A DNA stretch of 64,000 bases, from assembly GCF_001194135.2 (NCBI RefSeq), contig NC_068997.1, positions 5,075,643-5,139,642 on the forward strand. Reading direction: 5' to 3'. Numbering within the stretch: position 1 is the stretch's first letter; every line of letters starts with the position of its first letter. A model generated the notes under the pieces. It was not told where the DNA came from and searched no databases. It worked only from the letters and a program-made list of their open reading frames with translations. Position numbers and translations under genes: made by a program. Of the stretch, positions 40,611 to 49,973 are shown one piece after another. This stretch comes from Octopus bimaculoides. Lineage: Eukaryota.

Positions 40611-41875
40611 GACACACTCACACATACATATTAATATTCAACTTCTAACCCACTTTCTAATCATGCTGATATTTATTTATTTACTTGTAGGACCTTGATT
40701 TGATCGATGTGCTCTATCTCCAAGATATTGATTTGGGAGTCCAGAGAGAGGTCTATGACATCACACTGCGAAGAGAACTTGAACGGGAGCAAGAAATTGC
40801 CTTGCAAAAGGAGCGTGAGAAGGTAGGTGTATTTCAAACTCCTTTGACCTTTGGTGATCGTTTTTCACTGTAATCATAAAAGGGAGTAAATGCTGTGTTT
40901 TATCACCTCTTGGGCTCTTTCTGACATCACTGAAGTTTACATCTTCAGAAGAGGACGTTTTAGTAAGAGAACATCATGTGACCTATAGATAAGGGAAGAA
41001 AATGCCATGTCATAATAGCCTGTTTGTTAGTTGTGTTTTTAAGATATGTCATTTTGATTATATGTTAAATATATTTATGATGTGTAATAATTGTAATTTC
41101 ATTTTGATGTTTAAAAGAAATTAAATATCAGGACAAAATAATGCTGGCTCATTGCTGACAGGGTAAATGTAGTGAGTTGGTAATAAATGCAGCATGTGTA
41201 TAAGCATGCAAACATATGCTTCTAGTAAACTTAGGAGAAATAAATGTTATGATTAAACGACAGGTATTTTTCTCTTTATCTGATCAAGAAAAGGGATCAA
41301 ACTGACTAGTTTCAACTTTTATTAAAACTTCATTAGGGACCAGTTACTCTTTCTTGGTCACAGAGTGAATGACAGCTTTCACACAGAGAACCATGTATCT
41401 ATTTTTTTTGCTTTCTGTGAATGCTTCTCATCACTCTTCCTCTAAACACCGACATATTTACATAAATCTATTCAAATATATTTGATCAGAAATTAAACTT
41501 TCAACACTGACATGCTTTGCACTCCAATATCAAGTTGTTGCAATCACATTTAACAACAACAACAATTCCAGTGACCATTCCAGGAAGTTACAGTTGTGTT
41601 TGTTTTATTTTTGTTTTAGCAAAAACAATATGAACATATTCAGTTGAAATTACAAGACAAACAGCATCGATTAGAACAACAATATCTCACAGACAACTAT
41701 ACCCAAGACATTGAAACAGGTCAGTTCCTTGGATTTTTTTCTGTCTTTCTATCTAGCTCCAGTGTGTGTGTAAGAGACAGACATACTTTAGCAAATAGCT
41801 CACCTGAGCTGGACTGTCAACAGTCGAATATCTCAGCATTCATTAAGTATATATGTTGTGTGTATCCGTGATTAA

Positions 41876-41915
<40 letters not shown>

Positions 41916-44900
41916 CTCATTTGTTGATTTGTTTTAACATCCATTTTCCATGTTAGTGTGGTTTGGACAAGAATTGATTTTGAAATGAAATTTTACAGCC
42001 TGATGCTCTTCCTATCACCAACCCTTGCCTGTTTTTTATTGTGATTTTTATATTCCACACATTCTCACACAAACTAAAACTAGATTGGAGTCCTGGCTCA
42101 TGATGGGGTTTTCTTTTTTTCTTTATTTGTCTACTTCAGGAGAATGGATTCCACTCTATCAACCAGCTCCTCCTTTAAACATCCCCCTAATACCAAACAC
42201 AACAAACATTCTCGAGCAACAACAACAACAACAGCAGCAGCAGCAGCCATGCATTCCGCAGCCTATGCCAATACCCCAACTCCAGACTGACCTTACAAAT
42301 ATACAAACCAATTCTTGCCAATACCAAACTTCAAATTTATTGGTAAGTTAATTTACTGTCAAATTTCTTAGCCCTTGCGCTTTTATATTTTATCACCAAA
42401 CTGAAGTTGGTTTGACACCAACATTTCACAACCAAGGAAATGGTTTCTGAATTGACCATTTGAACCAATAACATATTCTGCATAGTCTCTCTCTCTCGTT
42501 GCTCAAATAAAATATCTGATGAAACTGACCAATCTCATAGATGTCAAAATTGACCACATACTCATGAAAAAATTACCACGTTCATTCTCTTTCCAATTAA
42601 ATTCTCTCTGGCAGTTATTGTTTTGTGTGCTGATGTTTAGCCCTAAATCCTGTTTCTGCAGACCTGATCAAAGACTTTCAAGCTATAATTATCGTATCAT
42701 TGTTTAAGGCATATTTCCTCCAGACCTGCATTATCTTAGGTGCACATGTCTCATTTTTACAACTACAGTAGGCTGTAATTTGAGAGAGCTTGTGTTGTTT
42801 TTTTATTTGTTTCTTTATGATGATGATGATGATTTGCTGGCTCTAGAAGGAGAAGCTGTACCCAAGGCCTTTGCAGGTCCACCATGACCAGTGAGATTAA
42901 CCCTTTAGCATTTAAACCGGCCATATCCAGCCTAAATATTTTACCTGTTTTATATTCAAACCAGCCATATCTTGTCTCTCACACCTACCCTGCAATGTCA
43001 TTCTAAAAACAGTCACATCTTTGAAATCTCAAAGCTACAAGATAATACAGAATAATTTTTTTTTAATGTGAATAAATAAGCATTACATTTGATTAAGCAA
43101 TCTGAATGCTAAAGGGTTAACCCTTCTGAGACCAGCCTCCCAAAACTGTCCCTAGTTCTGATATGAACTTCCTGTTTTAAACTGGTGTAAATTAAAACCT
43201 TCCATTAAAATTTCGTGTTGGCACCAAGCACCAGCTTAAAGATGGCAAATTCATTTTACCAAATTCCTTATTTTCAAAATAATTTGAAACAAAGATTGTG
43301 TATTTCTATAGAAATATGACAAAACAGGTAATGTGCTTCTAGAATCTTTATAAGTCAACAGCTGCAGGAAAGACATGAACAAAAAGGAATTCCTGTTGGC
43401 CAATGTTCCTGGAATGGGACTGGCTCTAGGGAGTTGGAGACGAGAGTAATGAGTGAACAGGAATGTCTGAGCAGAGGTTTCATTACCCCAGCCAAGAACA
43501 GGGGTAGAAAAGGCACAGAGAGCGAGAGGAGACAGTAAGCCTACAGGCCAGGGGCTGAAGCGTAATAATGAGTGACTTTATGCCGATCAACTGATCAGTT
43601 GGGTAACATCTTCTGGGTGCTGTTGTTTCTAGGAGTTTGAGCTACCTCACAGAAATCCTCCCCCATTTTTTGTTTTATTAAGCTTGTAAATTGGATGGAA
43701 GAGAGTGGTAACTTTGCAACAGGATGTTTCACGTAAGTCAAAATCTGAAGGAAGTACATGTACACGTCATGAAAGAGTGTTCTAGAAGATTGCATTTCTG
43801 GGGATACTGGATTGGACATAGTGTTCATAATGTGAAAGGTGACACAATAGAAAGACTTGGTAGAGAAGGCATCCAGAGAACTAGTTCAGAAGGTGGAAAC
43901 CATTGTAGAGATAAGAAAAGCACAAAAGAAAGTGCATCTGTAGCCAAAGAATCGTGTTGGTTAGGGAGTCTCTACCAGTCAAAGAAATAATATATTTCAC
44001 GAAAACAAACTTTGTCTTTTTCAGTATAAAATCATCAATAGGCTTCATTTCAAAAGGGTTAGTCAACAAACCCCTATTAATTTTCTTTTTAAATAATTAA
44101 TTTTCTTCTATTTTACTTTGAGTATGTTTAAAATAACACTTTATTTCTCTCTCAATTTAATTTGTGTCTCAAGAACTCTACACTAGAAGAAGCCTTGCAA
44201 ACTTTAGACATCGATGCAAATAAGAATACCACCAGTGAGCAGACCGTCTTTGAGCTGGAACAATACCTGGCTAACTGCCCAGTTGCCAACTTCAGCAATG
44301 CCGCAACTGAACAGTATGAACCAATTCTACCATCGCAGTTCAACTGTAACCTATTGCCTTGTCCTACTACTTCTACTGCCCTCAACCCATGTACTGAATA
44401 CAACACACCAATTCACAACACTTTTCAAGAACATTCTCAATCTACTGTGAGTTTCTTGGCTTCCTTCTTTCTCTTTTGTTCAATTTACTTCTTCTCTTCT
44501 TTTTGTTGTTTGTTTCTCACACCTCTGCCTATGTATTTCCTCCTTCCTTCTCACTCTCTTCTTCTCCAACCTTTTCTCTATACATTCCTCTCTCTCTCTC
44601 TCTTTCCTTCACATTCTATCTCGACTTCTCTCTGTCTCTTGTTCACATTCTATCTTTATACTTCTCTCGCTCTCTCTCTCTCTCTACATATATATATATA
44701 TATATATATATATCTGCTTCACATTGTTTCAATCTCACAATTGTAGCAAATGAATGTAAATCATAATCATGAAAGAAATTCTGGTTATCAAAATTATGAG
44801 TAGAAAAGTTGCTTTTTCGAAAGGGATATCACAGGAAGAGTAAGGGAGAAAGAGAGTGGGGAAAGGTAATAGAGAGAGATAGCATGGGGGGAAAAAGTGG

Positions 44901-47900
44901 AGTTTTCTTTCAATAGAATTTTCCATCAATGTTTCTGTTCCAGTGAACTTTATTTGAAAATGAGATGGCAAAGTACGGAAAAGAAAGGACGAATCTAAGT
45001 TATTGTAAAGCACTGGCGAAAAAATAAAGGAATATTGTTAAGGCATTGAAATATATTAGCATTTCTAGAACAAGCACAAGTTTTCAATTTTGGTGATTGT
45101 AGTAAAGTTAATAATCAGCTTCGGTATTTGGTACTTAAGTTTTAATGACCTTTGGGAGGAATTATAAATGTAAAGGGAGATAGCTGTAACAAGCTCTTTA
45201 GTACAATGCTATACATTTTCTGTAAAACTCTGGCAATAATAATTTCTTCTAATTTTGGTACATGGCCAGCAATGTTAAGGGTGGGTGGGGGGCAAGTCGA
45301 TTACATCGACTCCAGTACTTGACTGGTACTTTATTTTATCGACCACAAAAGGATGAAAGGCAAAGTTGACTTTGACAGAATTTGGACTCAGAATGTGAAC
45401 AAATACTGCAAAGCATTTCCAATCCAGATGATGATGTTGCTGATGTTTCTGACGTAGGCACAAGACCACAAATTTGGTGGGAATGGTTAGTTAATTAACT
45501 CGATCCCAGTACTTGAATTATACTTTGTTTTATTGACCCTGGAAGGAAGAAAGGTAAAGTTGATCTCTGCAGGATTGTGAAGCACCTCAGCTAACCACAA
45601 GGTATTTTGTTCCATGCTCCTTATGATTCTGCAAGTTTATTGTTTGAATGTTTGTTTGCTTAGACACTGTATGTGTGCAATTGTGTTTTGCAGTAGGTTT
45701 TATGTTTGTTTCTCTACTCCAGCTGCCAACTTGTGAACGTCAGAACAGTCTTGATAATTGGTGGAGAGAAATCAGTGGTTCTTTGGAAATGACTACAGCT
45801 GGCACCAGTGCAGATAATTCAACTCATTGTCCAGAGCTCATTCAAAATGCAACACTTCCAATTCCATCTGGTGACATTGGATGTGGAAATAATTTGAACA
45901 CAAGTGAGTATTATTAATACTTTTGTATTTTTTTTTTAAACAATAATTGTTGTTTAACTTCAGGTCAACCGTGATGCAGCTGGTCTTTGATCAGAGGCAT
46001 TCCAACTGTGACCATCCTAATGTCTTTTTTTTTTTTTTTTTTTTTTTCCAAATACAGAACTTTTATTTATATGTTCTCTTATTTTAAACAATAAGTGTGA
46101 TTGGAGGTAGATTTGGCTGTTATTTCTAGCAAGTTAAGCAACTTTATAGATGTTCACTCATAAGATTGTTTTAATAGTGATAGAAACTATGAGCAAAGAC
46201 ACAACATAAGTGGTTGAGTGTCAGAAACCTATTCTGTAGTATATAGTTACATATCATTTTGTTTCAGCAAAGTAAAATAGGGAGGCAAGATGAATCAGAC
46301 TTGAAGGTATTAGGCCCTACAGATGAGATTATGCAGGATCAAGACAAATGGGGTTGTGGATTCTTCCAACCCATAACATTATGAAGAAAACTGACTTTAA
46401 AACAGTAATTATGGTAGCAATGTTGATAATTAGACTCACAGTGCAAAAACAAGGGAATATCAAAATTTCATGTTAATTTAGTTTCTAAACACCACCTCAA
46501 TAATAAGTTATTTTACTAAATTCTTCATTATTTTCAAAATTAATTGAAACAGACATAATATCTCAACAGGAATATGGCAACATAAGAGTTAAACTTAACT
46601 ACTACGATTCATCATGCTTTACTCTCATCTCTTCCACAAGAACCAGCATCCTGAAACTAAAACTTGTTCCATTTATGAATATTTTCCCCAATTTTTTTTT
46701 TCCTCTTGTGGAAAGATACAATAAGTCCACCTCACAAAAAAAAACTGTTCTCATAACTTTAAGATCTTTTTTTTTTTCTGTATGTTTTAACAACTCTGTT
46801 TTCCCCTTAATTATCTTAATTATTTGTTACTCAGACCGCCACACACAGGGAAATCTATTGAGATCTTTATCTATATCTCTCTCTCCCCTATCTATCAAGG
46901 TCTAAATGCTTCTGTATCAACTGCAAACTGCAGCACAGCCATCAACAACCACAGTTCCTGTAATCCACCAGAATGGGACAACCAAAACTATCTCTTCCCG
47001 AATATGACCACCAGCATCAATGAAAGTGAGTCCATGATGGAGATGGAGAAGATTTTACCAGCATTACAACAGAACATGATGACAAACATCGACTTACCCA
47101 ATATAACTGAAGGTAGAGCCTCTTTGAAGATCATGCTCTTTTACCTGCATTCACTTGTTCTGTTTCCTTCTCTGATATATGTATATATTAGATTTCCAGT
47201 CTAGCATGTTGTATGAATGTGTGTGTGTTTGTGTGCAAATGTGTGTGTGTGAGTGTATGCATATATTTCTCTTTCCTCTTTTCTTCATCTGTTCATCAGT
47301 CTATATCCAGTCCCATCCATGATGATGGGACAGACAGGCAACTGTCATGCAGTAACTGGACATTTGATGTTACAGTTTGGCTGATTTATGAATGCTACTA
47401 TCCAGGCTGTATTGAAAGCTGCAATATTCTATTGTTCTATTCAGCTGGGGTGAGGTAGTCAACATTAGTCAATTGTATACCAATTCATGGCATCAAAATA
47501 TCAAAAGAAAATAAACTAGAACACAGGTATGTCTATTGACTTTACAATCCTGCTGTCAAATTCTCCTCCATGGCTAAGGAGGAAAAATTTATACTATGGT
47601 GTGGATTATTATCCTATGGTGTGGATTATTAACACCTTTAGAATATATCTGCTTTTCCTGTGTTGCATGGGTTGAATGAGATTTTTCTAGTATTGTGTAT
47701 TGCCACTTATTACAATCCCTTATCTCTTTGATAAAGTTCAACCTCTTAAGATTAACTTCCATAAGAATTGTGTGAAAGAGAAAGAGCAAGAAAGACATGA
47801 GAAATGAGTTCGTTGAATACTAAGTCCTTAGTCCCTCTTTTTCTATATCTTCACTCTATTATAATCCACACTTTATTTCCAATATGCCTATTTACACTAG

Positions 47901-49941
47901 ATCTTTACTATATTTTGATTGGTTTGTTATTACTGTTTCTTTCCATCCTTCTTTCTCTATTTCAGTTTGATATATTTTATATATTTCCTTATTCCTATAT
48001 TCTTCTAGATCTGGTATCTTTCGATGATGCCAGTAGAGACTCAGCTGTTTGTTCTTTGGCCAGTTCTGCTTCTCCTCTACAGGTACTTTTTTTATATTTA
48101 TTCTTTTACTTGTTTCTCTCATTAACAGTTGCCATCATGGGGTGCCATTCCGAAAAGATTTCTACCCGTATCATTGACCCCATGCACCACTTATTACTCT
48201 TTCTAATATTAATCTAAAAAGAATGAGAAACAATCTGAATAGGATTTGAATGTAGGACTTAAAGGGACATAAAGCTATTTTGCCCAACATCCTACTGCTT
48301 CCAACACACGGACTGAGTATTTTATATGTCAGTTCTTACGAACTAATACATGAGTATGTGTATATGTGTCTGGTAGAATCATTAAAGCATCAAAGAACAT
48401 GCTTTGCAGTATTATTCTCGGTCTTTTTGTTCTGTGTTCAAATACCACCAAGGACAACTTTGCTTTTATTATTATTATTATTAATGTAACAAGCCAACAG
48501 AATTCAAAGTCGGCCAAGTTCAACTTTGCCTTTCATCTTTTTGGAGTTGATAAAATAAGTACCAATTGAGAATTGGGGGTCAACATAACTGACTTTGCCC
48601 TGCCCCCAAAATTACTGGCCTTGTGCTAAAATATGAAACTTTATTATTATTATTATTGCAAGGATAGTGAGCTGGCGGAAACGTTAGCATGCTGGACAAA
48701 ATGCTTAATAGCATTTTGTCCAGCTTTACATTGTGAGTTCAAATTCTGCCAAAGTCAACTTTAACTTTCTCATACTTTTGGGGTCGATAAAATAAGTACC
48801 AGTTGAGCACTGGGTCAATGTAATCGATTCCCCCATGCCTCACCAGTATAATGAGGTTTTGATGTTTAACTAGATGCCTGTAGTGAATGTATATGGAAGG
48901 AATTACAGAGAGATTGTACTTTATAGGAGAGGTTTGGGGACAGTAAGACAACAGGCATTGCAGAATTGGTACTTCAGAATCATTTTAGTAATGGTAAAAG
49001 TGATGTAGATAGATAAGACAGCGTTATTTGTGTGGTAGGAGTTGCTGGTGTGGTAGGAGTTGTTAATGTATTGGTTTGGTTGTAGTGTTATGGTGATAAT
49101 GTGATGTGGAAGTGGTTGTTGGTGTGACATGTTAATTGAAGTTTTGGTAAAGACCCAGAACGGTGTGAGTTGAAGTGGGGAGAAAGGATCTTCAGACAGT
49201 GGGTCTCACAGAAGAGATGACGAGACTGAGACTTCTGATGGTTTGCTGTGCTTGAGAAGACATGTCAAGCTAAGTAAAATTGTGGTTGTCTTCACATACA
49301 GGCATGTCCTCTACACCCCTCTTCAGCTGAGTGATTCTAATTTTGCAGGGTTGTGGCTGCCAATACCACATAAAATGCACCCATGTTCTATGTAAAAGCA
49401 ATCAGTACACTCTGTAGATTGATTGGCATTAGAAAGAGCATCCAGCTGTAGAAACCATGCCAAAATAGACATGGAACCCAAGCAACTCTTCAACTGGCCA
49501 GCTCCTGTCAAACCCCTACCAGTATGGAAAACAAACGTTAAATAATGATGATGATGTTATTTCGGATGCAAATACAATTGTATTAATATTATGGTGAGGG
49601 GAGTGTCTATATAGCGACTAGAGATGGCTAGAAATAGTTATCAAATCTCTCTCACCAAACCATGCCATTTTAAAAAGAAAGAGCAGCTTTGATAATGTAA
49701 TCATTGATATACTACATGAGAAAAATAATATGGAGTGGTCATGGCTAGAACACCTTTGACCTTTATAGAGAACACATACCCAGAAATTTATAGGAACAAC
49801 AGTGTAGAATATCAGTTCTGAATAACTAAACTTTGTTACATATAAACAGTACTATTTCTCCAGTGTGTAAACCCAAATGTGTATGTGTGTATGAACTTTT
49901 AGATTTACACACAGGTGAAATAGTGTATGTGTGTGTGTACT

Positions 49942-49973
<32 letters not shown>

